Origin: Dongia sp.
GTDB taxonomy: Bacteria; Pseudomonadota; Alphaproteobacteria; Dongiales; Dongiaceae
Direction: 5' to 3'
Length of the DNA: 24,000 nucleotides
NCBI RefSeq assembly: GCF_041905885.1
Contig: NZ_JAYRKD010000017.1
Coordinates: 1-24,000 of the forward strand
Part shown: positions 8,304 to 17,482 of the stretch, piece after piece
Numbering within the stretch: position 1 is the stretch's first letter
How the letters are laid out: each line of letters starts with the position of its first letter
The notes under the pieces: model-generated
What the model saw: only the letters and a program-made list of their open reading frames with translations
Told to the model about the DNA's origin: nothing
Databases searched by the model: none
Made by a program: the position numbers and the translations under genes

Positions 8304-9632
8304 TTGAAGCTCATGAAGCGTTTGACTGGATTGTTCGCCGCGATCTTGGTCGTCGCGGTGTCGTTCGGCGCCCGGGCCGAACAGACGGCGGAACTGACGA
8401 TCGACATCACCGGCGGCCAGGTGAAGCCGATGCCGATCGCGATCCCGGCGTTTTCCGGCGCGGGGCCGGATGCCCAGATCGGCGCCGATGTGGCGCGCGT
8501 CGTCTCCGACGATCTCGAGCGCTCCGGCCTGTTCGCGCCGATCGATCCCAAGGCCTTCATCCAGGACAGCGCCTCGCTGCAGAGCGGGCCGCGCTTCCAG
8601 GACTGGAAGCTGATCAATGCGCAGGCGCTGGTCAGCGGCCTCGCGCAGTCGCGCGGCAACGGCCAGGTCAACGTGCAGTTCCGGCTCTGGGACGTGTTCG
8701 GCGGCCAGCAGATCGCCGGCTTCCAATACACCGCCGCTTCCAACAACTGGCGCCGCGTCGCGCACAAGATCGCCGACGAGATCTACAAGCGCATCACCGG
8801 CGAGGACGGCTACTTCGACACCCGCATCGTCTACATCTCGGAGACCGGGCCGAAGGACAAGCGCGTGAAACGCCTCGCCATCATGGACCAGGACGGCGAG
8901 AACCATAAATATCTGACCGACGGCGCGGTGCTGGTGCTGACGCCGCGCTTCTCGCCGGCGGCCCAGGACATCACCTACATGTCCTACTTCAACAACAAGC
9001 CGCGGGTTTATCTCTTCAACATCGACAGCGGCCAGCAGGAAGTGCTGGGTGATTTCCCGGGCATGACCTTTGCGCCGCGCTTCTCGCCCGACGGCTCCAA
9101 GGTGATCATGAGCATGGCGCAGGGCGGCAACACCGACATCTTCGTCATGGACATCCGCACCCGCCGCTCGCAGAAGTTGACGGACAGCCCGGCGATCGAT
9201 ACCTCGCCGTGCTACTCGCCGGACGGCTCCAAGGTGGTCTTCAACTCCGACCGCGGCGGCGAGCAGCAGCTCTACGTGATGGGCGCCGACGGCGGCAACG
9301 TCCAGCGCATCAGCAAGGGCCAGGGGCGCTATGCCACCCCGGTGTGGTCACCGCGCGGCGATCTCATCGCCTTCACCAAGATGGCCGGTGGCCAGTTCCA
9401 GATCGGCGTGATGCGACCGGATGGCTCAGGCGAGCGCATCCTCAACACCGCCTGGCTGGTGGAAGGCCCGACCTGGGCGCCGAACGGGCGCGTCCTGGCT
9501 TTCTTTTCCCAGGACCAGCGCGGGGTTACCAAGCTCCACAGCATCGACCTGACGGGCTATAACGAGCGCATCCTGAAGACCCCGGTGGATGGCTCCGATC
9601 CGGCCTGGTCTCCCTTGCTTGACAATCAATAA
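8304..9632 (+). CDS. tolB: Tol-Pal system beta-propeller protein TolB
   Basis: Signal peptide [22 protein letters not shown]. Repeated PRFSPDG/YSPDG/WSPRG blades, e.g. [28 protein letters not shown]. The start is TTG 8304 or, perhaps more likely, ATG 8313 downstream of GGAGGGAAGG. Confidence 0.93.
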   Translation: MKLMKRLTGLFAAILVVAVSFGARAEQTAELTIDITGGQVKPMPIAIPAFSGAGPDAQIGADVARVVSDDLERSGLFAPIDPKAFIQDSASLQSGPRFQDWKLINAQALVSGLAQSRGNGQVNVQFRLWDVFGGQQIAGFQYTAASNNWRRVAHKIADEIYKRITGEDGYFDTRIVYISETGPKDKRVKRLAIMDQDGENHKYLTDGAVLVLTPRFSPAAQDITYMSYFNNKPRVYLFNIDSGQQEVLGDFPGMTFAPRFSPDGSKVIMSMAQGGNTDIFVMDIRTRRSQKLTDSPAIDTSPCYSPDGSKVVFNSDRGGEQQLYVMGADGGNVQRISKGQGRYATPVWSPRGDLIAFTKMAGGQFQIGVMRPDGSGERILNTAWLVEGPTWAPNGRVLAFFSQDQRGVTKLHSIDLTGYNERILKTPVDGSDPAWSPLLDNQ

Positions 9633-9799
9633 TCCACTATGTTCCGCGCCGATTCAGAGGGTTTTACGGCCCGAAATCGAGTACAATCACCTGTAGAATC
9701 GGCGAATCAGGCGGGGGATAGCCCGGAACCCGGCGGGGGTAGGGGGTTTATCCGTGATGCGGCCTGTGGAATTAAAAAGAGGATGAGAGGATAAAGAAA

Positions 9800-10300
9800 A
9801 TGCGTCTCCAGATCTTGTCGGTCCTGGCTGCGGGGCTGTTCTTGGCGGCCTGCTCTTCGGACGAGCCGGTCGAAACGGCTTCGACCCAGGGTGCGGGCAG
9901 CACCACCCAGACCGGCGCGGCTTCCAGCGGAGCGGTGACCCCGGGCAGCGTTGAAGACTTCAACCAGAATGTCGGCAACACGGTCTACTTCGGCTTCGAC
10001 CGCTACGACCTGACCGCCGAGGCTCAGTCGCAGCTGCAGAAGGAAGCGGCCTGGTTGCAGCAGTATCCGCAGCACACCCTGACCATCGAGGGTCACGCCG
10101 ACGAGCGCGGCACGCGCGAGTACAACCTGGCGCTCGGCGAGCGCCGTGCGAACTCGATCGCGAATTACCTGACGGCTCTGGGCATCGACAAGTCGCGGAT
10201 CAGCACGATTTCCTACGGCAAGGAGCGTCCGATCTGCACCGAATCCAACGAGGCCTGCTACTCGCAGAACCGTCGCGGCGTCTCGGCGATCAACCAGTAA
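9800..10300 (+). CDS. pal: peptidoglycan-associated lipoprotein Pal (OmpA family)
   Basis: Lipobox LFLAAC. OmpA-like domain VYFGFDRYDLT...TIEGHADERGTREYNLALGERRANSIANYL...ISYGKERP. SD GAGAGGA lies upstream. Confidence 0.95.
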   Translation: MRLQILSVLAAGLFLAACSSDEPVETASTQGAGSTTQTGAASSGAVTPGSVEDFNQNVGNTVYFGFDRYDLTAEAQSQLQKEAAWLQQYPQHTLTIEGHADERGTREYNLALGERRANSIANYLTALGIDKSRISTISYGKERPICTESNEACYSQNRRGVSAINQ

Positions 10301-10329
10301 TCGTCTGACGTCCGGTTTGCGGAAATGAC

Positions 10330-10368
10330 GCGCCGCCGTCGCCCCGGAAGGGCGGCGGCGGCGCTTGT
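10330..10368 (+). terminator. GC-rich hairpin with a short T tract downstream of pal
   Basis: GCGCCGCCGTCGCCC-cggaa-GGGCGGCGGCGGCGC (one mismatch) followed by TTGT, about 30 nt after the pal stop. Confidence 0.5.
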
Positions 10369-10546
10369 CACATCTGGGCCGGGCGTTGGCGGGGGTGGAA
10401 CCGGCCCAAGCGCGGTCGGGTTTTCCCCGAAATGTGTGGAGGCGGTGCCATATTTCCGCCCAGAAGCGACCCAACTATCCTTCGCAGGGTTTCCTGACAG
10501 GCGACGCGCCGACCTGGCGGCGTCCCGCAGTTTGAGGCAGCGATCC

Positions 10547-11656
10547 ATGACCAGACTTGAGAATGCTTTCCCCGGTTCCAATTTCGCCGCGCGTCTGCTG
10601 GCGGGCATCGCCCTGGCCGGCGTCCTCGCCGTCGCGCAGGCCGTGCCGCTCCACGCCGACGAGGTCGATGACCTCCGGGCGGAAGTGCAGCAGTTGAAGC
10701 AGCAGATGAACTACCTGCAGAACCAGATCCCGGGTGCCGGCGCCGCCGGTGTGTCGGGCGGCGGGACTATCGCCGCGCAGCAGGAAGTGCGGATGCAGCA
10801 GCTCACCAGCCAGATGAGCCAGCTCCAGGGCCAGATCGAGCAGCTCGGCATCAAGGTCGATGACCTCGCCACCCGCTTGGAGCAGATGCAGAAGGACACC
10901 CAGTTCCGCCTCGGCGAGCTGGAGAGTGGCGGCGCGACCGGCGCCATGGCCGCCGGCACCGCCGCTTCAATGCCCGCGGCGGCACCTGCCGCGGCGCCCG
11001 CCGCCACGACACCGGCGCCGCTGCCCACGACCGCGGATCAGATGAACGCCGGCGCCGGACTGCCGGGGCCGGAAGGCACCACCCAGGTGCCGGAGCCGAC
11101 CGCGCCGGGCACGCTCGGCACCATCGCCGCCGGTACCGAATTGCCGGTGGCGCCGGCCGGCGCCGCCGAGGCCGCGGCCGAAGCCGCCGCCCAGAGCCAG
11201 GCCACCCAGAACCAGGCGGCCGCCGCCGCCGTCGACCAGGACCCGAGCACCATCCAGCTTCCCGGCAACTCGCCGCAGGAGCAGTATGAATATGCGACCG
11301 GCCTCTTGCAGCGCGGCGCCTATCCGGAAGCGGGCCTCGCCTTCAAGGCCTTCGTCGCCCAGCATCCGAAGGACCCGCTGGCCGGCAACGCGCAATACTG
11401 GCTGGGCGAGACCTACTACGCCCAGAGCGACTACAAGAGTGCCGCGATCGCCTTCGCCGAGGGCTATCAGAAATACCCGAAGAGCGCCAAGGCGCCGGAC
11501 AACCTGCTGAAGCTCGGCATGTCGCTCGGCCAGACCGGCCGCAAGAACGACGCCTGCACCGCGTTCAAGCAGCTGGCCTCGCAATTCCCGAAAGCCTCCG
11601 CGGCGATCAAGGACCGCGCGTCGCGCGCCCAGCAGCGCTACGGCTGCACCGGCTGA
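10547..11656 (+). CDS. cpoB: Tol-Pal system protein CpoB/YbgF (coiled coil plus TPR)
   Basis: ATG 10547 gives the signal peptide MTRLENAFPGSNFAARLLAGIALAGVLAVAQAVPLHA. Then a coiled coil (LRAEVQQLKQQMNYLQNQ...QLQGQIEQLG), an Ala/Pro-rich linker, and a C-terminal TPR (YEYATGLLQRGAYPEAGLAFKAFVAQHPKDPLAGNAQYWLGETYY). The ORF-track start at 10325 crosses the pal terminator and is rejected. Confidence 0.88.
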   Translation: MTRLENAFPGSNFAARLLAGIALAGVLAVAQAVPLHADEVDDLRAEVQQLKQQMNYLQNQIPGAGAAGVSGGGTIAAQQEVRMQQLTSQMSQLQGQIEQLGIKVDDLATRLEQMQKDTQFRLGELESGGATGAMAAGTAASMPAAAPAAAPAATTPAPLPTTADQMNAGAGLPGPEGTTQVPEPTAPGTLGTIAAGTELPVAPAGAAEAAAEAAAQSQATQNQAAAAAVDQDPSTIQLPGNSPQEQYEYATGLLQRGAYPEAGLAFKAFVAQHPKDPLAGNAQYWLGETYYAQSDYKSAAIAFAEGYQKYPKSAKAPDNLLKLGMSLGQTGRKNDACTAFKQLASQFPKASAAIKDRASRAQQRYGCTG

Positions 11657-11673
11657 TCCAAGCGGCGCCGGCC

Positions 11674-12987
11674 GTGCTGGCTGCCGCGGCCAAGCCCGCA
11701 TTCTCGCCGGAGCGTTTCGCCGGATTGATGGCGCGGCTCGGCCCGTTCGAGCGCACGCCGCATCTCGCGGTCGGCGTCTCCGGTGGCCCCGACAGTATGG
11801 CCTTGACCTTGCTGCTCGCCGAATGGGCGGCCAGCCGCAACGGCCGGATCGCGGCGCTGACCGTCGATCACCGGCTGCGGCCGGAATCCGCGGCGGAAGC
11901 GCAGGCGGTCGGGCGCTGGCTGAAGCCGCTGCCGCACGTCACCCACCACATCCTCCCCTGGACCGATCCGAAGCCCGCGGCCGGCATCCAGGCCGCGGCG
12001 CGCGAAGCCCGCTATCGCCTGATGGCCGACTTCTGCCGCGACCAGGCGATCCTGCATCTTGGCGTCGCGCACCATCGCGACGACCAGCACGAGACCCATC
12101 GCCTGCGCGCCGGGCACGGCAGCGGCGCGATCGGCCTGGCGGGGATGAGCGCGGTCCGTGCGCTGGACGATGTGCGGCTGCTCCGGCCCTTGCTCGGCGT
12201 CGCCAAGGCCGAGCTGATCGCGCTGCTCGAGGCGCGCGGCCAGGCCTGGATCTCGGATCCCAGCAACGACAACCCCGGCTTCGAGCGGGTGCGCCTGCGC
12301 GGCTCGGCGACGCCGGAAACCGCAGCGCGCGATGCCGCCGCGCTGCACCGCCTGGGTCTGGAACGGCGGCGCCTCGAGGAAGAGGCCGCACGCCGGCTCG
12401 CCGCCGGCCTGGTGATCCAGGACGCCGGCTGGGCCGAGCTCGATCTCAATGACCTCGGCCCGGATGATCTCAGCGAGGACGCCGCATCCAGCCTCGCCTT
12501 CGGCGGCCTGCTGCAGAGCATCGGCGGCAACGACTATCCGGTCGCGGAGGATCGGCGGCGGGAAGCCCTGGCGCGGCTCCGGGCCGAAGCGGGTGCCGAT
12601 TTCACGTTGGGTGGCTGTCATCTGCGCCGGCAGGCCGGGAAGCTGCAGGTCTTCCGCGACTGGGGCGTCATTCGCGACCGCCTGGTCCCGGTCCCGGGAA
12701 CTTCCGCGCTCTGGGATGGTCGTTTCATGGTCACGGTTGCGCCCGGCCTGCCGCCCCATTCGGACTTCACGATCGGGCGATTGGGCGAGCATGGCCTGCG
12801 CCTGCTGGGCGGCCTCGGGCATCCCCAGGCGGCCTCCGGGGTCCCGGAGCCGGCCCGGAAGGCACTGCCGGCCCTCTGGGATGAGGATCGGTTGATCGCG
12901 GTGCCCCACCTCGGCTTTGGAGCCGGCCTCGAGGCCCGGTTCAGGCCGGCCCGGGGCGCGGCATCTGGTGGCTTTACAGTTGCTTAA
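11674..12987 (+). CDS. tilS: tRNA(Ile)-lysidine synthetase TilS
   Basis: PP-loop motif LAVGVSGGPDSMAL, ...LTVDHRLRPESAAEA, ...AAREARYRLM, LGVAHHRDDQHET. GTG start at 11674. Confidence 0.9.
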   Translation: MLAAAAKPAFSPERFAGLMARLGPFERTPHLAVGVSGGPDSMALTLLLAEWAASRNGRIAALTVDHRLRPESAAEAQAVGRWLKPLPHVTHHILPWTDPKPAAGIQAAAREARYRLMADFCRDQAILHLGVAHHRDDQHETHRLRAGHGSGAIGLAGMSAVRALDDVRLLRPLLGVAKAELIALLEARGQAWISDPSNDNPGFERVRLRGSATPETAARDAAALHRLGLERRRLEEEAARRLAAGLVIQDAGWAELDLNDLGPDDLSEDAASSLAFGGLLQSIGGNDYPVAEDRRREALARLRAEAGADFTLGGCHLRRQAGKLQVFRDWGVIRDRLVPVPGTSALWDGRFMVTVAPGLPPHSDFTIGRLGEHGLRLLGGLGHPQAASGVPEPARKALPALWDEDRLIAVPHLGFGAGLEARFRPARGAASGGFTVA

Positions 12988-13111
12988 TTACGGACGCACA
13001 CTATGTAAGGTCTTGGCAAAGGACCGCGGAAATTGGCTTCTGGGCGTGCGGAAAAGCCCGCTTCGCCGGGAGCCGATTGGCGTTTAGAAGCCTGATGCTC
13101 AAGCTGGGCCG

Positions 13112-13138
13112 TACCGACTGGACCCATACCGACTGGAC
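13112..13138 (+). repeat. 12-bp direct repeat TACCGACTGGAC x2 (15-bp period) abutting the ftsH Shine-Dalgarno
   Basis: TACCGACTGGAC at 13112-13123 and 13127-13138, immediately followed by GAGGA (13139-13143) and the GTG start at 13151. Confidence 0.6.
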
Positions 13139-13150
13139 GAGGACTGAAAA

Positions 13151-15079
13151 GTGAATTTGGGCAAGAATCTCATCATCTGGGCGGCGATCATGGTGCTCCT
13201 GATCGTCCTCTTCCAGGTCTTCCAGAGCGGCAGCAGCCGGAACGGCCGCACCGAGACCGCCTACAGCGATTTCCTCGCCCAGGTCCAGCAGGGCCAGATC
13301 TCCGACGTGACCATCTCGACGTCGCAGAACCAGGGTCGCGCCATCAACGGCCACACCACCAACGGCACCGCCTTCTCGACCTATGCGCCGGAGGATCCCA
13401 AGCTGGTCGAGCTGCTGACCGCCAAGAACGTGAAGATCACCGCCAAGGCCGAGGATGATTCGATGAATCCTCTGCTGGCCATCCTGATCAACTGGGCGCC
13501 GCTGCTGATCATCGCCGGCGCCTGGATCTTCGTGATGCGCCAGATGCAGGCCAATGGCGGCAAGGCCATGGGCTTCGGCAAGTCCAAGGCGCGCCTGCTG
13601 AACGAGCGCGCCGGCCGCGTCACCTTCGACGACGTGGCGGGCATCGAGGAAGCCAAGGGCGAGCTGGAAGAGATCGTCGAATTCCTGAAGGACCCGCAGA
13701 AGTTCCAGCGCCTCGGCGGCAAGATCCCGAAGGGCTGCCTGCTGGTCGGCCCCCCGGGCACCGGCAAGACCTTGCTCGCCCGCGCCATCGCCGGCGAAGC
13801 CAACGTGCCGTTCTTCACCATCTCCGGCTCGGACTTCGTCGAGATGTTCGTCGGCGTGGGTGCTTCCCGTGTCCGCGACATGTTCGAGCAGGGCAAGAAG
13901 AACGCGCCTTGCATCATCTTCATTGACGAAATCGACGCGGTCGGCCGCCATCGCGGCGCGGGCCTCGGCGGCGGCAACGACGAGCGCGAGCAGACCCTGA
14001 ACCAGCTGCTGGTCGAGATGGACGGCTTCGAGGCGAACGAGGGTGTCATCCTGATCGCCGCCACCAACCGTCCCGACGTGCTCGATCCCGCGCTGCTGCG
14101 CCCGGGCCGTTTCGACCGCCAGATCACGGTGCCGAACCCCGACATCAGCGGCCGCGAGCACATCCTCAAAGTCCATATGCGCAAGGTCCCGCTGGGCCCG
14201 GATGTGGACGCGCGGGTGATCGCCCGCGGCACGCCGGGCTTCTCCGGCGCCGATCTCGCCAACCTGGTGAACGAGGCGGCACTTCTGGCCGCCCGCTTCG
14301 GCAAGCGCGTCGTCACCATGTCCGACTTCGAGCAGGCCAAGGACAAGGTGCTGATGGGCGCCGAGCGGCGCTCCATGGTGATGACCGACGAGGAGAAGCT
14401 GGCGACGGCCTATCACGAGACCGGCCATGCGATCGTCAACATCGAGCTGCCCGAGTGCGACCCCTTGCACAAGGTGACGATCATCCCGCGCGGCCGTGCG
14501 CTCGGTGTCACCATGGCTCTGCCGGAGAAGGACCGCTACAGCTACACCAAGGGCTGGATGGAGAGCCGGATCGCCATGTGCTTCGGCGGCCGCATCGCCG
14601 AGCAGCTGATCTACGGCGAATCGCATCTGAATTCCGGCGCCTCCGACGACATCCGCCAGGCCACCGGCATGGCGCGCCGCATGGTGACCGAGTTCGGGAT
14701 GAGCGAGAAGCTTGGGCCGCTGCGCTACAGCGAGAACGAGGAAGAGGTCTTCCTCGGCCACTCGGTGACCCAGCGCAAGAATGTCTCCGACGACACCGCC
14801 AGGCTGATCGACCAGGAAGTGCGGCGCATCGTCGAGGAAGGCGAGCAGAAGGCCCGCGAGATCCTGTCGAAGAATATCGACGGGCTCCACGTGGTCGCCA
14901 AGGCGCTGCTGGAATACGAGACGCTCTCCGGCGACGAGGTCCAGGCCTTGCTGCGCGGCGAGAAGATCCGCCAGGCCAACAGCGATTCCGACAAGCCGAA
15001 GCCGCGCTCCTCGGTGCCGACCGCCGGCGCCACGGTGCAACGCCCGACCGGTCTTGACCCGCGGCCGGGTACGGCGTGA
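13151..15079 (+). CDS. ftsH: ATP-dependent zinc metalloprotease FtsH
   Basis: [21 protein letters not shown] (TM1), Walker [12 protein letters not shown], Walker [15 protein letters not shown] region [20 protein letters not shown], and zinc site HETGHA. Confidence 0.97.
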   Translation: MNLGKNLIIWAAIMVLLIVLFQVFQSGSSRNGRTETAYSDFLAQVQQGQISDVTISTSQNQGRAINGHTTNGTAFSTYAPEDPKLVELLTAKNVKITAKAEDDSMNPLLAILINWAPLLIIAGAWIFVMRQMQANGGKAMGFGKSKARLLNERAGRVTFDDVAGIEEAKGELEEIVEFLKDPQKFQRLGGKIPKGCLLVGPPGTGKTLLARAIAGEANVPFFTISGSDFVEMFVGVGASRVRDMFEQGKKNAPCIIFIDEIDAVGRHRGAGLGGGNDEREQTLNQLLVEMDGFEANEGVILIAATNRPDVLDPALLRPGRFDRQITVPNPDISGREHILKVHMRKVPLGPDVDARVIARGTPGFSGADLANLVNEAALLAARFGKRVVTMSDFEQAKDKVLMGAERRSMVMTDEEKLATAYHETGHAIVNIELPECDPLHKVTIIPRGRALGVTMALPEKDRYSYTKGWMESRIAMCFGGRIAEQLIYGESHLNSGASDDIRQATGMARRMVTEFGMSEKLGPLRYSENEEEVFLGHSVTQRKNVSDDTARLIDQEVRRIVEEGEQKAREILSKNIDGLHVVAKALLEYETLSGDEVQALLRGEKIRQANSDSDKPKPRSSVPTAGATVQRPTGLDPRPGTA

Positions 15080-16188
15080 GCACGGAAAGAACGGACACGA
15101 TCGTCCCGAGCCCCGCCGAACGGCGGGGCTTTTCCGTTGCAGAAGGCGGGCGGCGCCGCTACCTGCTGCCGCGCGGGCTGCTGCGCGGTCCCGCGGCCGA
15201 GCGCGTGATTGAGGCGGGCGCCGCCTTGCCCCTGGCCGGCGGCGCCTTTGCCTTCTGCTTCGCCGAAAGCGCCGAGCGCAAGCCGGGCGAGGCCGGCATC
15301 CGCAAGCCGGTCTGGCTCGGCGATCTCGCCGCGCCGGATCGCGCGCTGCTGGACGGCCTGCTCGAGCCGCGCATGATCTGGGCGGGCTTCGATCTCCTGC
15401 GCCCGCTGATCATGGGCGTCGTCAACGTGACCCCCGACAGCTTCTCCGACGGCGGCGATTTCGCGCATGCCGACGACGCGATCGCCCAGGGCGTTCGCCT
15501 GGCGGAGCAGGGCGCCGACATCATCGACATCGGCGGCGAATCCACCCGCCCCGGCGCCCAGGAAGTCTCCGCCGAAGAGGAGATCCGCCGCGTCGTCCCC
15601 GTCGTCCGCGCCCTTTCCGAGCGCGGCCTCTGCGTCTCGATCGACACCCGCCATGCCGGGGTGATGGCGGCGGCGGTCGCGGCGGGTGCCCGCATCATCA
15701 ACGACATCACCGCCCTGACCGGCGATCCGGACAGTCCCAAGGTCGCGGCCAAGTCCGGCGCGGCGATGGTGCTCATGCACATGCAGGGCGAGCCCCGCAC
15801 CATGCAGGCCGACCCGCATTACGCCGACACGACCCTCGATCTCCTCGACTACTTCACCGAGCGCCTGGCCGATCTGCGCAACCTCGGCGTCGATCCCGCC
15901 CGCATCGCCCTCGATCCCGGCATCGGCTTCGGCAAGAAGGACCCGCACAACCTGCTGCTGCTCCAGGAGCTGGCCGCCTTCCAGGTCTTCGGCTGCCCGG
16001 TCCTGCTCGGCGTCTCCAGGAAGAGCTTCGTCGGCCGGCTCTCCCGCAAGGAGCCGCCGAAAGAACGCCTCGCCGGGTCCTTGGCCGCCGGCCTCGCCGG
16101 CCTCGACCAAGGCGTCCAGATCCTCCGCGTCCACGATGTGGCCGAGACCTACCAGGCCCGGGCGATCTGGGTGGCGATGGGCAGGTGA
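15076..16188 (+). CDS. folP: dihydropteroate synthase FolP with a ~100-aa N-terminal extension
   Basis: [59 protein letters not shown] 15076 overlaps the ftsH stop and is the only canonical start upstream of the [10 protein letters not shown]...LPLAGG segment. I recall that segment from other alphaproteobacterial FolP N-termini. ATG 15369 ([15 protein letters not shown]...) is the minimal alternative. Confidence 0.85.
   Translation: MSTERTDTIVPSPAERRGFSVAEGGRRRYLLPRGLLRGPAAERVIEAGAALPLAGGAFAFCFAESAERKPGEAGIRKPVWLGDLAAPDRALLDGLLEPRMIWAGFDLLRPLIMGVVNVTPDSFSDGGDFAHADDAIAQGVRLAEQGADIIDIGGESTRPGAQEVSAEEEIRRVVPVVRALSERGLCVSIDTRHAGVMAAAVAAGARIINDITALTGDPDSPKVAAKSGAAMVLMHMQGEPRTMQADPHYADTTLDLLDYFTERLADLRNLGVDPARIALDPGIGFGKKDPHNLLLLQELAAFQVFGCPVLLGVSRKSFVGRLSRKEPPKERLAGSLAAGLAGLDQGVQILRVHDVAETYQARAIWVAMGR
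15108..15132 (+). terminator. intrinsic-terminator-like hairpin 30 nt after the ftsH stop, inside the annotated 5' end of folP
   Basis: AGCCCCGCC-gaac-GGCGGGGCT followed by TTTT (15129-15132). Confidence 0.55.
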
Positions 16189-16203
16189 CCGAACGAGGTC
16201 AAC

Positions 16204-17346
16204 ATGAAACGAAGCTTCTGGATGGTCTTGAGTTTCGTGATGCTGGGCCTGATCGTCCAGGTGCACCCGGTAGCCGCACAAGATCCGCCCAACGGGTTCT
16301 CGAAGGCGTTCTTCGAAGATATCGAGACGCCCTCTGAGATGACCGGCTTGTGGAATCGCGCTTTCGATCGGTGCGAAGCAGCCGCTCAGCAGCCGGTGGA
16401 AGATTGCATACTCGATCGTGCCGCGAAAATCATCGGCCACGGGAGTTTGACGGGTCCTCGCTGTGCGCACGTGTCTTATGCCATTGCCAGGCACTACTGC
16501 ATCGTGATCGGATCAATCGCCGCGGACCTTATCGTCAAGTTTGAGCTCGATAGCGCTGACGGCTTCATCGAGGCGCAGGGCGATAGGTTGGAATTGGATC
16601 CCGCCGGCACGCAGGTGTGGTCATACTTGAACCGGAAGTGCCCAGCGCCCGCAGCTCCTGCCGGTTGTCACTTCGATGAGGTGTCACGCCGTTTAGATCC
16701 CGGCGCCAAGGATATTGCCTCGTGCAAGTCCATTGTCGAAGCGCATGGTCAGGTTGACTGCCTGATTGCGCACTGGTTCGCCGCACAAGTGCGCTCTGCC
16801 GAGACGGCGGAGAAAGTTGGCATTTCCGGCGACTTCTTCTTTCATCGAGGCGTGAAGCCGGCGATCAACGATCTTGCGCGGCATGCTCAGGCCAATTGCG
16901 CCCGGGCAGGGGCCGCCAGTGGCTCGGATTGCCTCGTCTCCAGCGTTGCCGCAGTTCTGCCTTACGGCAACGAGATGATGCCGTACTGCAGAGACATCGC
17001 AGACGACGTCGATCGCTATCTTTGTGTCTTGACCGGTGCCCTGGCGACCGACCTTTACGCAAGGATCGGCGTTGGACCTGCCGGCACCTTCTTGACGCAG
17101 TATGGGAGCGACCGGGAGCGAACGATTGACCGGGCAGATGCGGAAGTGGCGGTTTTCCTGGCAGAGAAATGTCGGAAGACCACCGACGGCACCCGATGCG
17201 GCCCCCAGGAACTGGCGCGCCGGCTTGAAGTCGCGCCCGACGCCCTGAAACAGTGCGATTTTTTGACCGAGGATCGGCAAAGCATAAACTGTCTCATGGC
17301 CAGCCATGTGGTCCAAACACTCCAGGCGGCCGACGGCCAGCTATGA
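16204..17346 (+). CDS. secreted cysteine-rich repeat protein of unknown family (16 Cys, four C-x8/10-C-x18-C-x11-C modules)
   Basis: GAGGT lies 5 nt upstream of the ATG. Signal peptide MKRSFWMVLSFVMLGLIVQVHPVAA|QD. Two ~170-aa halves have identical Cys spacing. More A/T-ending codons by eye than the flanking genes. No family recognised. Confidence 0.8.
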   Translation: MKRSFWMVLSFVMLGLIVQVHPVAAQDPPNGFSKAFFEDIETPSEMTGLWNRAFDRCEAAAQQPVEDCILDRAAKIIGHGSLTGPRCAHVSYAIARHYCIVIGSIAADLIVKFELDSADGFIEAQGDRLELDPAGTQVWSYLNRKCPAPAAPAGCHFDEVSRRLDPGAKDIASCKSIVEAHGQVDCLIAHWFAAQVRSAETAEKVGISGDFFFHRGVKPAINDLARHAQANCARAGAASGSDCLVSSVAAVLPYGNEMMPYCRDIADDVDRYLCVLTGALATDLYARIGVGPAGTFLTQYGSDRERTIDRADAEVAVFLAEKCRKTTDGTRCGPQELARRLEVAPDALKQCDFLTEDRQSINCLMASHVVQTLQAADGQL

Positions 17347-17442
17347 CGGCGAACCTGCGGTTTCGAATCTCGGAACGCCTAGCAGGGCCATTCGTCCGCG
17401 GTGGCAGCCATCGAAACCCCGCCCAAAAACCGCCATCCCCAA

Positions 17443-17451
17443 TGCTATAAT
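17443..17451 (+). promoter_or_regulatory. candidate extended -10 promoter element TGCTATAAT upstream of glmM
   Basis: TGnTATAAT match ends 31 nt upstream of the glmM ATG. No convincing -35 element. Confidence 0.3.
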
Positions 17452-17482
17452 CCCCGCCAGGAACTCGAATCGGACCTAACCT

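Noticed and set aside
6626-8906. 473-aa and 504-aa minus-strand ORFs (6626-8047, 7392-8906)
   Set aside because: They are antisense to tolA, the TolA-domain lipoprotein and tolB. Their translations are Arg/Leu/Gly low complexity that mirrors the Lys/Glu/Pro spacer of TolA.
10325-10546. N-terminal 74-aa extension of cpoB from the ORF-track start
   Set aside because: It would start inside the pal terminator hairpin and encodes Arg/Gly/Pro-rich junk. ATG 10547 yields a proper signal peptide.
11638-12909. 423-aa minus-strand ORF, and also 17294-18478 (394 aa)
   Set aside because: They are antisense to tilS and glmM respectively. The sense genes carry diagnostic motifs (SGGPDS; SASHNP).
13001-15040. 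679-aa ORF on the minus strand
   Set aside because: It lies exactly antisense to ftsH, whose motifs (Walker A/B, HETGHA) are unambiguous. Long antisense ORFs are expected in high-GC DNA, and its translation is Arg/Ala/Gly/Leu-rich with no motif.
14725-16494. 589-aa ORF on the minus strand
   Set aside because: It is antisense to the ftsH 3' end, folP and the start of the Cys-rich gene. This is a GC-frame artefact.
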